A stretch of 64,000 nt of DNA, counting the filler, from Stramenopiles sp. TOSAG23-6 (Eukaryota): the NCBI GenBank assembly GCA_900128565.1. It is 40 parts of 40 records of this genome, joined end to end, with 100 filler letters (N's around TTAATTAATTAA, not from the genome) between each part and the next. Parts side by side here need not be neighbours in the genome. Positions count along the whole stretch, not along the records: positions 1 to 1,515 come from LT638935.1; positions 1,616 to 3,129 come from LT638936.1; positions 3,230 to 4,743 come from LT638937.1; positions 4,844 to 6,357 come from LT638938.1; positions 6,458 to 7,970 come from LT638939.1; positions 8,071 to 9,583 come from LT638940.1; positions 9,684 to 11,196 come from LT638941.1; positions 11,297 to 12,809 come from LT638942.1; 32 more parts are not named here. The stretch is one strand, 5' to 3'. Positions 1-12,034 of the stretch are shown piece after piece. The notes under the pieces were generated by a model. That model worked only from the letters and a program-made list of their open reading frames with translations. It had not been told where the DNA came from and searched no databases. A program made the translations under genes and the position numbers. Numbering within the stretch: the stretch's first letter is position 1; every line of letters starts with the position of its first letter.

Positions 1-107
1 GAAATAATTTTTTTTTTTTTTTTTTTACGAAATTTTTTACCTAACGATTTTTTTTTCTAAAAAAAAAAAAAAAAAATTATATATATATATATATTTTCAC
101 AATACAT

Positions 108-197
108 CCACTACTTAATAATGGACATAATGTACAGCAAGGACATAGTATATTTTCATCAAGTAGTGCAGACACGACTGTGCGGTTATGGTCTTAA
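108..197 (+). CDS. Last exon of a WD40-repeat protein
   Basis: After the intron end CACAATACAT it reads PLLNNGHNVQQGHSIFSSSSADTTVRLWS*, containing the WD40 S-x-D-x-T-V-R-L-W motif. Confidence 0.7.
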   Translation, partial: PLLNNGHNVQQGHSIFSSSSADTTVRLWS

Positions 198-507
198 TTC
201 GTGCCGTTACTGCTCTGCAAAAATTCTATATAAAATTTCAAAATTATTTCAAAATTAATTTTTTTTTTTTTTTTTTTTTTGTTGGTATAAAATGTACTAA
301 ATTGAAAAACACATGTACGAAAACATTGTAGGTCATATATGAATCTGTATATCCTGGATTCCGTACCATTTTTTCGTACTTAAAAAAAAAAATTAAAATA
401 ATAATATCCAATATGTTTAGATTTGTTTTGTACCAAAATGTGTTCCTTGACAAGACAATTTTACAAAAAAAAAAAAAAAGTAAAACAACAGAGAATCATT
501 GTAATAA

Positions 508-605
508 ATAACTAACTAACTAACTGAATAACTAACAAACTAACTAACTAAATAACTAACAAACTAACTAACAAACTAACAAACTAAATAACTAACTAAC
601 TAACA
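508..605. repeat. Imperfect (AACT)n microsatellite
   Basis: Direct inspection of the sequence. Confidence 0.85.
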
Positions 606-1125
606 AAAATAAAAGTACAACAACAGTGTATATATATAATACTGATTGTAAATCAATGACCTTTAACATTCACGTTTTATGTTTTCGTACGAAATTTTGT
701 ACCTAACGTTTTTTTTAATGGTTGAAGAAAATTTGATGATATAGTAAAAACATTTTTTTCCGAGTTCAAAGTGTTTAAAATGATGCACGCATAGACATTT
801 TACGTTTAGGGTTAGGGTTAAATGTAGCTAGAAAAATAGGATCAATATGGTTTCATTATAATTAAAAATTAAGCGTCTGATTATTATAGTAATACTCATT
901 TTTATATATATTGTAAATAGTGTTAATACTTTACTACAGTATACATTATAAATGCATATACTACTATTTCTTTGTTATATTCCATTTGTTGTAGCAAATT
1001 CCACATATTATCATTTTCTTCTTCTTTCTTAGAATAAAGGAATTGATGCAACATTAAAAAAAAAACACACCTTTTTACAGGACTTGATAACCACTTTGGT
1101 AATTAAGTTTAAAAGATGTTATTTT

Positions 1126-1515
1126 TTAAGGTGCTTCCCTCGATCCACCCCCTCTTTTTGAAAGGCCTTTGGGAATAAATGTCTTTAATCGCTTCCCGTA
1201 ATCTTCCAAAGATTCCTTCTTAGAAACTATATTCACAGCTCGTTTAGGTTGAGGTTTTTGTGGAAACTTATCAAATGAGGGTTTTGGTGTTGAATTAAAA
1301 AAGACTTGTCTTTGTGCGACAGTACCAGCAGGACGTTTAGCAGGAACACCTACGCCGAACCCAAAATCACGACGACCACGACCACCACCACCACCAGCAG
1401 CAGGTCCAGCAACATTAGCAGTACCACCACCACCACCACCACCATTATCACCACCACCAGCAGCAGGTTGAGCAGCAGGTTGAGCAGCAGGTTGAGCAGC
1501 AGGTTGAGCAGCAGG
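1126..1515 (-). CDS. 3' part of a Gly-rich/PAAQ-repeat hypothetical protein
   Basis: Open frame from the contig edge: (PAAQ)4...GGGG...KRGGGSREAP*. Not in the ORF track because it has no start codon. Confidence 0.6.
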   Translation of the reverse strand, partial: PAAQPAAQPAAQPAAQPAAGGGDNGGGGGGGTANVAGPAAGGGGGRGRRDFGFGVGVPAKRPAGTVAQRQVFFNSTPKPSFDKFPQKPQPKRAVNIVSKKESLEDYGKRLKTFIPKGLSKRGGGSREAP

Positions 1516-1615
1516 NNNNNNNNNNNNNNNNNNNNNNNNNNNNNNNNNNNNNNNNNNNNTTAATTAATTAANNNNNNNNNNNNNNNNNNNNNNNNNNNNN
1601 NNNNNNNNNNNNNNN
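1516..1615. other. Artificial contig-joining spacer N44-TTAATTAATTAA-N44 (representative; recurs about every 1.6 kb)
   Basis: An identical 100-nt spacer with six-frame stops recurs between unrelated sequences. Contig lengths fall from ~1515 to ~1492 bp across the window. Confidence 0.97.
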
Positions 1616-1955
1616 AGTAAACGCAATAGAAGATACTATTGATGATTCATCTTCGTCCACATCATCATCATCAGACAACGAAGAATTTGCTGCAGGTGAG
1701 TGGCTATGAGAAAGATAGTTGAAAAAAATGAAGTTTTAAAACCAAAACTATCTGCCAAAAGAGGACAATCAATGTAAATCTGGAAAAAATGGTGTCAGTA
1801 AAAGAAAATTTTAGTAAAAGACAGGATTAACATCTTATGTAATAAAAAGCAAAATAAAATATAATCCTTTTCATGGTAAATCTTTGGAACATTTAATTAA
1901 ATACATATTTTTCATTGTATTTTTTTGGCAATGTTTTTTTCATTACATTTTCCAG

Positions 1956-2198
1956 ACAAAATACTCCTTATGTATAAAGATGACATTCTTGGAACTACGT
2001 AATGAAGTTATGCGAATACGAAAACCCAGGCCAATGTGGGTACAAACAAATCTTTCAAAACAAGATGAAAATGTCGAAATGAAAATGTTTGAAACAACTG
2101 TAGAAGGAGTTATTCAATCATTTTCACGTCGATTTCCTTCTTGTGACCCTGAATTAATTTCACTTGCTATTAGCGAATCTAAATTTCACAAATATTAA
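1956..2198 (+). CDS. Probable terminal exon of a hypothetical protein
   Basis: Follows TTTCCAG and gives a protein-like frame (...FETTVEGVIQSFSRRFP...HKY*). Confidence 0.4.
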   Translation, partial: TKYSLCIKMTFLELRNEVMRIRKPRPMWVQTNLSKQDENVEMKMFETTVEGVIQSFSRRFPSCDPELISLAISESKFHKY

Positions 2199-2258
2199 AA
2201 AATATTAAAAACAATACTTTGTAAATTATACTTTTTTTGTATTTTTTTATTATAATAA

Positions 2259-3129
2259 TTACATCATCCCTTGGATGAACTTAAAGGAACCATCACTTTG
2301 TTGTTGCTGTTTTGCCAATTGATTTGATCTATTACTACCTCGTTGGTATATCATTCTCGGCCTTTGCTGCCGTAAATTTTGTTGAGAAAATGCATTTGAA
2401 ATACAATGATTGTTCAAACTATTCACATTTCCAGCCATTGGAGTACCCACAGAACGTGGAGTTGGTGTAGATAATTTATCTTTAGATTCTTGACTAGCCG
2501 CGATACGCATTGGATTCAAATTTGCTTGCATGAAGTCATCAATGTTGACACAAGATGTTTTTATGATTTCGTCCTTTTTTGGTATCGACGGTGGCAAATT
2601 AGAATCAAAAAGATCATTTGTCAATTCTACATTAGCATTACTATTGGTGCTTCCAGTTTCTGGACTTTTGATTCCCATTCCACTAAATAAATTGTCATCG
2701 AAAGTACGACCTTCTTGATTGCTTTCCATAAAACCAAACACTTTCGTCTCACTAGAGAGGTCAAGTTTTTCTTGATTTGGTGCTATCGATCCATCAATAT
2801 CATCAAGAATATCCATGCCACCAAACATATTTTCTAGAGCTTTGCTAGGCTGCACAGCTTCAACATGTTTTGACATTTTCTCATCGCTATCACCAAACTC
2901 TAACAGATTTGTTTCACCGCCTAGGCGTTCTTCAATGTTTAGAGTCGCAGGATTTCTTCGACCGCTCCTTTTATTTTTAGCTTTAGAGGATGTAACTTCT
3001 TTGGATGTTGCTTCCAAAGCACGAAGAACTTTCTTCACTTGGAGTCGAACTTTTACTTTTTCAGATGATTGTAACTCTTCGATCACGTCAATGTTATCAA
3101 CAAAATATTCTTTATATTTGCCAAAATTG
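2259..3129 (-). CDS. C-terminal part of a tepsin/MTV1-like AP-4 accessory protein (tentative)
   Basis: EYFVDNIDVIEELQSS...VRLQVKKVLRAL resembles the end of the tepsin VHS/ENTH-like domain. It is followed by a disordered tail with LLEF/MFGGM/LFSGM motifs and a terminal FKFIQGMM. Confidence 0.5.
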
Positions 3130-3338
3130 NNNNNNNNNNNNNNNNNNNNNNNNNNNNNNNNNNNNNNNNNNNNTTAATTAATTAANNNNNNNNNNNNNNN
3201 NNNNNNNNNNNNNNNNNNNNNNNNNNNNNTTAGGTACAAAATTTACTATAAAAAAAAATTAGACTAAACATTGAAAAAAAAAAAAAAAAAAAAAAATTGT
3301 TAGGTACAAAATGTACTACAAAACAAAAATAAACATAC

Positions 3339-4743
3339 ATGCGCCAATGAATGAGACAATACCTAAAAATATAAGAAACAAAGATTGATATTTTGGCATT
3401 GATAAAAACGAAAATAAAATAGGCATACAAATACGACCAGCCGATCCTGCACTTCCAATCCATCCCATATTTGTGCATGTACTTTTAAAAAGTACTTTTA
3501 AAAAATATTTTTTTTTGTTAGGTACAAAATTAACTACGAAAAAAAAAATTACTAAAAAAAAAAAATTTTAAAAAAACATATACTGTGTAGATAAATAGTA
3601 TAAATGCATGAAAACTATGCATTACAAACAATACTTTGAAAATAAAGAAAAACATTGAAACGAATAGGTTAAAAAAATCATGTGTGTCAATATTGAAAAT
3701 TCAAAAAAAAATTTAAAAAAAAATTCCAAAAAAAAAAAAAAAAATGTTTTTCTATGAAAATGTACTACAAAAAAAAAATATTGAAAACATAGAAAAAACG
3801 TACCAGGCGATGAATTTCCAATGACATGAGAAAAAGTACTAATTACGGATGCTCCTGCAAGAGGCGCACCGATAGACCAAACCAATATTTCTGATATAAC
3901 TAAAATATTAAATGTCGGATTTAAAATTGTCTAAATAAATCGAAAATATTTGAATTTTTTTTTTTTTTTTGTTAGGTACAAAATTTTGTATGAAAAAAAA
4001 GATTGTAAAAAAATTATTTAAAAAAAAAATTACAAAAGCAGTGCAAAATGTTCCGAATCCAATCATTGCAAATGCAAATACATTCCAGTTATGATCCTTT
4101 ATTGTGAATTTTTTACCTAAAAATCCTTTCGAGCTACACGCCACAGAATGTGAAAAATATTTCAATAAAAATTTAAAAAAAATCGTTAGGTACAAAATTT
4201 CGTATGAAATTTTTTTTTTTTTTTTTTTTTAAATTCATGATAAACACGAAAAAGACATACATTGTGAGCATTACAAAAAAACCTATTATACCAAGATACA
4301 TTAAAAATAAAGAAATATTTGTTGAATGTGTATGGAGTATACTATCTGAATTATTTGAATGAAGCAATATAGTTGTAGGTTTCGTGTTATTTTGAAATGT
4401 TTGAGTTGTATTTGTTATATTTGTTATATTTGTTGTATTTGTTGTAAGGTTAACCCTACTAGGGTTAGGGTTATTTTGTGTTATTTTCATATTTTTTGTT
4501 TTTAAATATAGAAATGGGGTAATTGTTTCAAAAATTGACAAAATTCCCTTAGCTAACAAATTTAGTATGATAAATAAGATATATCCTTTCCAATAAAGAA
4601 AAGAAGGTAAAATTTGACTTTTATCTATAGGGTTAGGGTTAGGGTTAGTTTTTTTTTTCATAGACATTTTTGTATTAATTTTTGTATTAATTTTTGTATT
4701 AATTTTTGTATCAATTTTTGTATTAATTTTTGTATCAATTTTT
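3339..4743 (-). CDS. MFS transporter (MFSD8-like), multi-exon, partial
   Basis: Hydrophobic helices. The spliced motif FSHVIGNSSPG|TNMGWIGSAGSAGRICMP is restored by removing intron 3477-3803. Confidence 0.7.
3477..3803 (-). other. GT-AT intron (two family units) in the MFS gene
   Basis: CCT G|GTACG...AAGTACAT|GC ACA gives P-G-T-N-M-G. The upstream exon does not end in AT, so the register is not ambiguous. Confidence 0.7.
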
Positions 4744-6037
4744 NNNNNNNNNNNNNNNNNNNNNNNNNNNNNNNNNNNNNNNNNNNNTTAATTAATTAAN
4801 NNNNNNNNNNNNNNNNNNNNNNNNNNNNNNNNNNNNNNNNNNNTTTACATCTTCTTGTAGAGAAAATCTATTCTCAAGACCTACTTTAGCGGGAGAAGGT
4901 TTGATTTGGTACAAAATTTCATACCTAAATATATTGTATATAAATGAATAAGTCAGTCGACCGACCAGATGAAGTCGAGGTCTAGTGAAGTATAGTTTCA
5001 CTATAGTGATTCCAATGTCTAGCTTTATTGTACCGACGGGTTGAAACATTGTGGTGACTCTATATGATATTTCATTGTTATACACAGCATTATCATATTT
5101 TAAAACGATTTTTAATTTCTTCTCCGTCTATATTCTTTCCATCCTCTGGGTCATGTCTATCGATTGTGTAACGTTACTTTTATAAATCGTTTATAATTCG
5201 TTTTCTACGGTATCGTTTTTCTCTTTTGAAGCTAGTTTTACTTGTATTATATTTTTTGCTTATATGTTATGGATTTTTGATTGTGGTTTAGAAATATAGT
5301 GAATAATGAACAACGTACCTTTTTGAAAGATTTTAGAGATTGGATTGGATTTTGAGTACTGTATAGACAGACTTCTTGAAGTTGATTAACCGACATCAAA
5401 AGTTGAACAATTTTTGTTGAAATGAAAATAACGCCAAAACACGAAATTTCCTTGGTTTTCAGACCGAAGGTTTGGAAAGAAAGGTCTTTTCAGTGTTAAG
5501 GCTTTTTTGAAATTTGGTCGTGTTTGTTGTGTTTGAAGCAGGTATGTGCACTACGTACCAATTAAGTAACAATTTTTTTTTTCATAATTTTCATTAACAA
5601 ATAAAGTACATTGTACACAGTTGATGTTAATTTCTACTGTATGTGTATGAATGAGGATGTGACTTAGTTTTATGGTATACTGGTTTTCAATTGTTTTACG
5701 TATTACTGTTGTAGTATTGAACATTTTTTGTATAAGACAGTTACGTCTATTTACAGCAGGTTTGTGCCATTTGTACCATTTAACTACGAATTTTATGAAA
5801 AATTAGTGAACGGCTAAATTGACAATCATGACAAGCGCTTTACAAATTTCATAAACATTTCGTTGTTTTTTTGAATTTATCTATCAAATCTTACAATTAA
5901 ATTAATAAATTCAATAAATTCAAAATTCAAAATATAGGAGCTTCATAGATACACTTAAATGAAATTTGCATAAGCAGGTAATTCATTCCAAATCTCACCT
6001 TTTGGACCACTACTATCATTATAAATACTTCATGATT

Positions 6038-6357
6038 AACTAGGAAATTTTGTATAAATATTTGTAGTATTACTATTTGTAATAGATATTTGTATAAATA
6101 TTTGTAGTATAAATATTTGTATAGATATTTGTAGTATAGATATTTTTTACAAATTTCACAAAGATTTTGTTGTTTTTTTAATGTTTTAACTAGGAAATTT
6201 TGTATAGATATTTGTAGTATTATTATTTGTAGTATAGATACATGTATAGATATTTGTATAGAAATTTGTAGTATAAATATTTTTTACAAATTTCACAAAG
6301 ATTTTGTTGTTTTTTTAATGTTTTAACTAGGAAATTTTGTATAGATATTTGTAGTAT
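6038..6357. repeat. Degenerate tandem repeat (~140-150 bp unit with ATATTTGTAGTAT subrepeats)
   Basis: AACTAGGAAATTTTGTATA recurs at ~6038, 6188 and 6325. Confidence 0.75.
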
Positions 6358-6496
6358 NNNNNNNNNNNNNNNNNNNNNNNNNNNNNNNNNNNNNNNNNNN
6401 NTTAATTAATTAANNNNNNNNNNNNNNNNNNNNNNNNNNNNNNNNNNNNNNNNNNNNAAATTTTTTTTTTTTTTTTTTTTTTCTTTGGGAAAAAAA

Positions 6497-6539
<43 letters not shown>

Positions 6540-6554
6540 TTTTGTACAATATAG

Positions 6555-7676
6555 GGTAGTAGTGGTTATACTAGTGTTATTCATTCAGGCTATGCTTCAT
6601 TAAATGATTCACAGGCCCCATCAAGACAATTATCTGGTATTGGTTCACCAACAATGATGATGTCATCACGTCCATTAAGTTCAAGTAGTAGTCATCAGAA
6701 CCCTAACCCTACTGGGCGATCTTCATCGACTAACCCTAACCCTAACTCAATGTCATTTCGCCCCATTTTGAATTTATCTACTGGAAATACTCCTTCTATT
6801 GCATCATCTGATTCAAGACAATTATCACCAACATTGTTTATGGGTACATCTACATTGAATACAGCAGTTGGGACACGAAAAAATAGTATTTCAAGTTCAA
6901 CTGGGGTAGGGTTAGGGCTCAATTTGATAGGAAGTGGAATTCAAACACCAATACATGAAAAGATACCCGGTACCGATCAAAATAATGATCATACCATCAT
7001 GGCAGCTGAACTCGCTGATGCTTTGCGTAATTTACCTTCAGATGGATTGTCATCTAGTGATGAAGGAAAAAATAAAATGACAATGGCCGCTGCCTTTGCT
7101 GATGATCTGTTGCAATTAGATGATGATGATGATGAAAGTGATGATGATGGTGAAAGTGATGATGATGATAAAAAAGATGATATATATAGTAAAGATAATG
7201 ATGATTTCTTGGATCAGAGAGATGGTGGAATCTTGGATAATATCAGTAGTAATACACTAAAAAATGATGAAAATGATGATGAAAATGAAGAAGATGGTGA
7301 AAGTGATGATGATGAAAGTGATGATGATGAAAGTGATGATGATGAAAGTGATGATGATGAAAATGATGATGAAAATGATGATGAAAGTGATGATGAAAGT
7401 GATGATGATGATGATGATGATGAAAATGATGATGATGAAAATGATGATGAAAGTGAAAATGATGAAAATTCAACTGATGATGAAGAAAAAAATAAACGAC
7501 AATCACAAAAAATAATTCTGCAAACTCAAGTGGATGAATTAAATGACCGAATCAATAAATTAGAAAAAAGAATAGAAAATACAAGTAATGCAACAATGCG
7601 TATGAGAAGGGAAAAACAATTAGAAGAACAGAAAAAAAATCGTGAAGATTTAATTAGAAAAATGAATGATTTTTGA
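6555..7676 (+). CDS. Terminal exon of a Ser-rich/acidic coiled-coil protein
   Basis: The open frame extends upstream of the annotated ATG to a family intron ending in CAATATAG. It has an Asp-rich tract and a C-terminal coiled coil. Confidence 0.7.
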   Translation, partial: GSSGYTSVIHSGYASLNDSQAPSRQLSGIGSPTMMMSSRPLSSSSSHQNPNPTGRSSSTNPNPNSMSFRPILNLSTGNTPSIASSDSRQLSPTLFMGTSTLNTAVGTRKNSISSSTGVGLGLNLIGSGIQTPIHEKIPGTDQNNDHTIMAAELADALRNLPSDGLSSSDEGKNKMTMAAAFADDLLQLDDDDDESDDDGESDDDDKKDDIYSKDNDDFLDQRDGGILDNISSNTLKNDENDDENEEDGESDDDESDDDESDDDESDDDENDDENDDESDDESDDDDDDDENDDDENDDESENDENSTDDEEKNKRQSQKIILQTQVDELNDRINKLEKRIENTSNATMRMRREKQLEEQKKNREDLIRKMNDF

Positions 7677-8223
7677 AAAAAATAAAAAAAAAATTTTAAA
7701 ATTAGAAAAATATATGATTTTTGAAAAAAATAAAAAAATAAAAAAAATATAAATTTTTAAATACTCTTTTTCTTTTTAAAATCAAACCAATAAATAAATT
7801 TATTAGAAATCATTTATACACATGTAATTATTGTAATACAATGAATAATGATTATGTGCACATTCTACATTCAAACATCATCATATAATTGAGAAATTAG
7901 CATTTATTTTTTAAATACATTCAAACATCATCATATAATTGAGAAATTAGCATTTATTTTTTAAATACATNNNNNNNNNNNNNNNNNNNNNNNNNNNNNN
8001 NNNNNNNNNNNNNNTTAATTAATTAANNNNNNNNNNNNNNNNNNNNNNNNNNNNNNNNNNNNNNNNNNNNAAATGTTTTTTTTCATACGAAATTTTTTTA
8101 CGTAACCTTTTTTTTTTAGTATCTACCTTTTCATTGTGAATTTCAAATGTATTGTTTTTTTTTCATTGAAAATTTCATACCTAATGAATTTTAAACTTTA
8201 AAAAATATTTTTCCATAATACAT

Positions 8224-8580
8224 GTAAATACTGAAGATCGTATTTTGCTTTTAGCCTTACGATTAAAACACGCTGGTTGGATTTATTTAACATACAATAG
8301 GAAATGGAATCAATTTCATGAATATATATGTATGACAGCAGGAGAAAATCTAGGGGATTTGGGAAGAACTGGTTTACTAAATATAGTCGGTTACCCAAAA
8401 CATCGGTGGTTAACTCCAGAAGGATACAATGATCCAAATCATCCTTGGCCGAAAACCCCAAACGAGACCCGATTTTGTGGGTGCGAAAAAAACATACACC
8501 TAAAAATAAAAATACATTTATTGAGAAAAATATTTGGTCTTGCATGTTTTAATTATTTCGCAATACCCGACTTCTACTAG
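8224..8580 (+). CDS. Terminal exon of a hypothetical protein
   Basis: Starts after the family acceptor ATAATACAT and has a protein-like composition. Confidence 0.55.
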   Translation, partial: VNTEDRILLLALRLKHAGWIYLTYNRKWNQFHEYICMTAGENLGDLGRTGLLNIVGYPKHRWLTPEGYNDPNHPWPKTPNETRFCGCEKNIHLKIKIHLLRKIFGLACFNYFAIPDFY

Positions 8581-8880
8581 TATCAACATCTTGCAGAAAG
8601 TAAATCTATTATGGAGTCAAAAAAAAGAAAAATTAAATGCGAATTAAATTTAAAAACGTAATAATTAATTGATGACGTGTCAAAACGTGATCAGTTGAGT
8701 TGAGTTGACTCACAACGTCGACGTCAAAAATCAATCATTAGATTCTCAGATTCTCAAAAAAAACACAGACAAAAAGGACAAAAAGTCACAAAACAACAAC
8801 AACATCGTTTTCTCTTTGACATCGTCGTTGACCAAACTATTTTGACTCGTAGCATACATATCATTATATAGCATTTAATA

Positions 8881-9495
8881 ATGGTGAAGAGCGTACCCTC
8901 TAGCAAAAAGAAAAAAACATCTGAAGTAAAGCCTACCGTGAAAACAGACTACGCAAATGGGGAAGTAGTTTTTGCGATTCACGAAGGTTCGAAAATAATG
9001 TATAAAGCAAAAATTCTCCATTCTCGTGAAGGCGATACACCAGAAAGCCCTAGGTACTTTTTCATTCATTATGATGGCTGGAAAAAGAAGTGGGATGAGT
9101 GGGTTACTCCAAGTCGTTTAATGGTATTTTCAAAGGAAAATGAGGCAAAAGCAAAGCAAATAGCTGCCGAAGTTAAAGCTGCTAAGAAATCGAGAAAGGA
9201 AAATAATAACAAATCAAACACTTTAGATAAAGATACACAACCTAAGAAAAAGAAGAAGAAGAAAAAAGTATTCAGCGATCGAGAGTTGGAAGATAAATGT
9301 GATAACACAGCAGAAGTTCCAATTCCTTTAACATTTACTTTAAAAAAGCAACTGGTTGTTGACTGGGAAAATATCACGAAACATCGCATAGTTTCATTGC
9401 CTCGAACACCCACAATCACTGATATATTGAAGAAGTTTCAGGATGCCAAGAAGGCGTTAAACAAAGGAAAAGTTAGCGATACTGCAGTCCAAGTT
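8881..9495 (+). CDS. MRG15/Eaf3 family chromo-barrel + MRG domain protein, first exon
   Basis: YKAKIL, YFFIHYDGWKKKWDEWV (chromo barrel) and LKKQLVVDWENIT...LPRTPTITDIL (MRG domain). Ends at a family intron. Confidence 0.9.
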
Positions 9496-9683
9496 GTGTG
9501 CGTTTTCATTTCAATTTTTTATCTAAATTGTTTTTTCATACGAAATTTTGTACCTAACAATTTTTTTTTTTTTTTTAAATATTNNNNNNNNNNNNNNNNN
9601 NNNNNNNNNNNNNNNNNNNNNNNNNNNTTAATTAATTAANNNNNNNNNNNNNNNNNNNNNNNNNNNNNNNNNNNNNNNNNNNN

Positions 9684-9865
9684 AGCGATAATAATCCTAT
9701 AAATAAGGCTATCCATTCAGTAATTTTGCGTACACGCCAACTAAACCGTCTGGTACAACCAGTCATGACTCGCCTTTGGCATTTATAATAGACAGCTTCA
9801 ATATCTTCAACAGTAGGATCTGCTTCCGAAAATGATCTACTATTACGACGAGTGACGCGATTCAT
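9684..9865 (-). CDS. N-terminal fragment of a membrane protein, possibly CLC-family
   Basis: EWIALFIGLLS at the contig edge resembles the first CLC helix. The match is short. Confidence 0.35.
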
Positions 9866-10377
9866 CCTATTAAGTATATTAAATTATACATATATATATA
9901 TATATATATATATATGAACGATTTTTACATGTAGAATGATACAATGATTTTAGAAAAGTAATTAATATTGATTTCAGACACCTTTTTTTTGGTGGTGTTT
10001 TCGTGAGCGTGACAAAAAAAAAGTAAAAAATAAATTCGAAATTGGTAAATTCATAATTAGATGGACTTTATTCATTTATATTTGGTTGATATTTAATACC
10101 TTGATTGAATATAAAAATTTTGTGAATTTTGTATCACTTAAGAAACAGTCAAAAAACAAATAATGGGGTGTTCCAATGTCTAACGACAATCTTTTTATTT
10201 TTCTTTTACTACTAATAAACAGATTTTCTTTATTATTATTATTTTCAAAAAGTCATTCATTTCAAGGATATAGACAATACATTTATAAATGCATTCATAA
10301 TTTCACACTGTTTAGACAAGTCTTTACAAACACCAAACTAAATTCACAGAGACAAAAAAAAAGGCTCGTCGTTGCCG

Positions 10378-11196
10378 TTATTGTTGCCCAGCAGCTGCTT
10401 GAGCTTCAGCATAACGAGCTCCTACACGCTTCGCATAATCAAAAAACTTTGTCGCACATAAATTGAAAAAAAAAAACGTACAAACACATCCAGGGATTTT
10501 TTTCGTATATAAAAGTGCCGAATCTCTACCTTTTGCTTGATGTATAATATGAACTAGTCTCCGATACTCAAACATTTCACATTCATTTTTCATTTCAGTG
10601 GCGTGTCGAATTGATCTTTTTTGTTCATGAGATGTCGGAGAGAACCAGACAGATTTATTTTTGTTTTTTCGTTCAAAAAGTGTAGAAATGACCAACTCTA
10701 CAACTGTCAAAGTATCCTCAAGTGGACCACGCGGTTGTTTACACAATGGCATGATTGTACATTCAACAGTATTGACGCATTCGTCAACTAAATTATATAT
10801 GATACTCTTGACCAGACTTCTCGTAATGTGCCGAGAGATCATGGCACCACTAAAAATCATCTTTCCTCCTGACATGAGAGAACAAGAAGATATATTATTT
10901 GGATTCTCTTCTATTTTATCATATTGTTTTGTATGTACAAATACACTTCCTCGATGCCAACCCCATAGTTTTGGTATATCAGTAATATGTTCCTTATTTA
11001 TTTTGTCACGCTTTGAAAATTCTTCATGAATGAGTTTTAGTGTAGAGTGGACGTCTTTTTGAAATAATAAGGCAATTTTTTCCCTATGTGAAACAGGATG
11101 CCACCAAGCGACACCAACAGAAGCTAGTCGTTTTCGATTGCGTATGCGCAAGGGACATTTACAACGACGCATGTATTCTGACTGACAAGCTTCGGG
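10378..11196 (-). CDS. Hypothetical protein, partial
   Basis: Open frame of 264+ codons running from the contig edge. Confidence 0.55.
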   Translation of the reverse strand, partial: PEACQSEYMRRCKCPLRIRNRKRLASVGVAWWHPVSHREKIALLFQKDVHSTLKLIHEEFSKRDKINKEHITDIPKLWGWHRGSVFVHTKQYDKIEENPNNISSCSLMSGGKMIFSGAMISRHITRSLVKSIIYNLVDECVNTVECTIMPLCKQPRGPLEDTLTVVELVISTLFERKNKNKSVWFSPTSHEQKRSIRHATEMKNECEMFEYRRLVHIIHQAKGRDSALLYTKKIPGCVCTFFFFNLCATKFFDYAKRVGARYAEAQAAAGQQ

Positions 11197-11296
11197 NNNN
11201 NNNNNNNNNNNNNNNNNNNNNNNNNNNNNNNNNNNNNNNNTTAATTAATTAANNNNNNNNNNNNNNNNNNNNNNNNNNNNNNNNNNNNNNNNNNNN

Positions 11297-12034
11297 ACAC
11301 AAGAATTAGGTAAACTATTTGGATTTAGAATTCCATCACCACCACATAATTTACATAAATTTAATTGTAGTGATAATTTTAAGCAAGAGAGAATGCGACA
11401 TCGTATACGAAAAAATCCTTTTTGGCAATATTTCTGATTATTATTTTTTTGTTTTGAAAATGTTTGATTATTTTTGATATTTTCAAAATCATCTTTTTTG
11501 TTATTTTTGTTAGGGTTAGGGTTAACTTGATGATGATTCTTTGCTGGTTGTAAAAATTGGTCATGATAGCTAGGGTTAGGGTTATTAGGGTTAGGGTTAC
11601 TAGGGTTAGGGTTACCTATATTAGAATTTGTTGTTGTACGTAAATTATGATCAGATAAATATCGTCTTCGACCATTTTCAACAGGTTTGTTACTTTTTTT
11701 CGTAGGAAATTCTGTACGTAAAAGAAATTGAGTATCGTTTTTTTTTACATCATCAGTATGACTAGGGTTAGGGTTACTAGGGTTAGGGTGTAGATGCTGT
11801 TTCTCAATAACAGTTGTAGAAATGATGTCGCTACCTGAAGGGTTAGGGTTAGGGTTGAAATTCGCATCGATATTATTTTTTGTACCTTTTGTAATTTCAT
11901 TATTTTTAGTATGTTTTGTGTTTTTTTCATTTTTTTCATTTTTTTCATTTTTTTCGTTTTTCGTGTTTTTCGTGTTTTTCATTTGTGCTACTGGACTTTT
12001 ACTACTAAAGGAAGATCCTGGAGAATTGACGGGA
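11297..12034 (-). CDS. Exon of a low-complexity Asn/Lys-rich protein with NPNP tracts
   Basis: The open frame begins right after the family acceptor AGAATACAT. Confidence 0.55.

Noticed and set aside
1560-1571. Regularly spaced TTAATTAATTAA as a biological repeat or CRISPR-like array
   Set aside because: It is embedded in N runs and is a standard six-frame stop linker.
7243-7515. His-rich and Met-rich ORFs
   Set aside because: These are shadow frames of the (GAT)n Asp tract.
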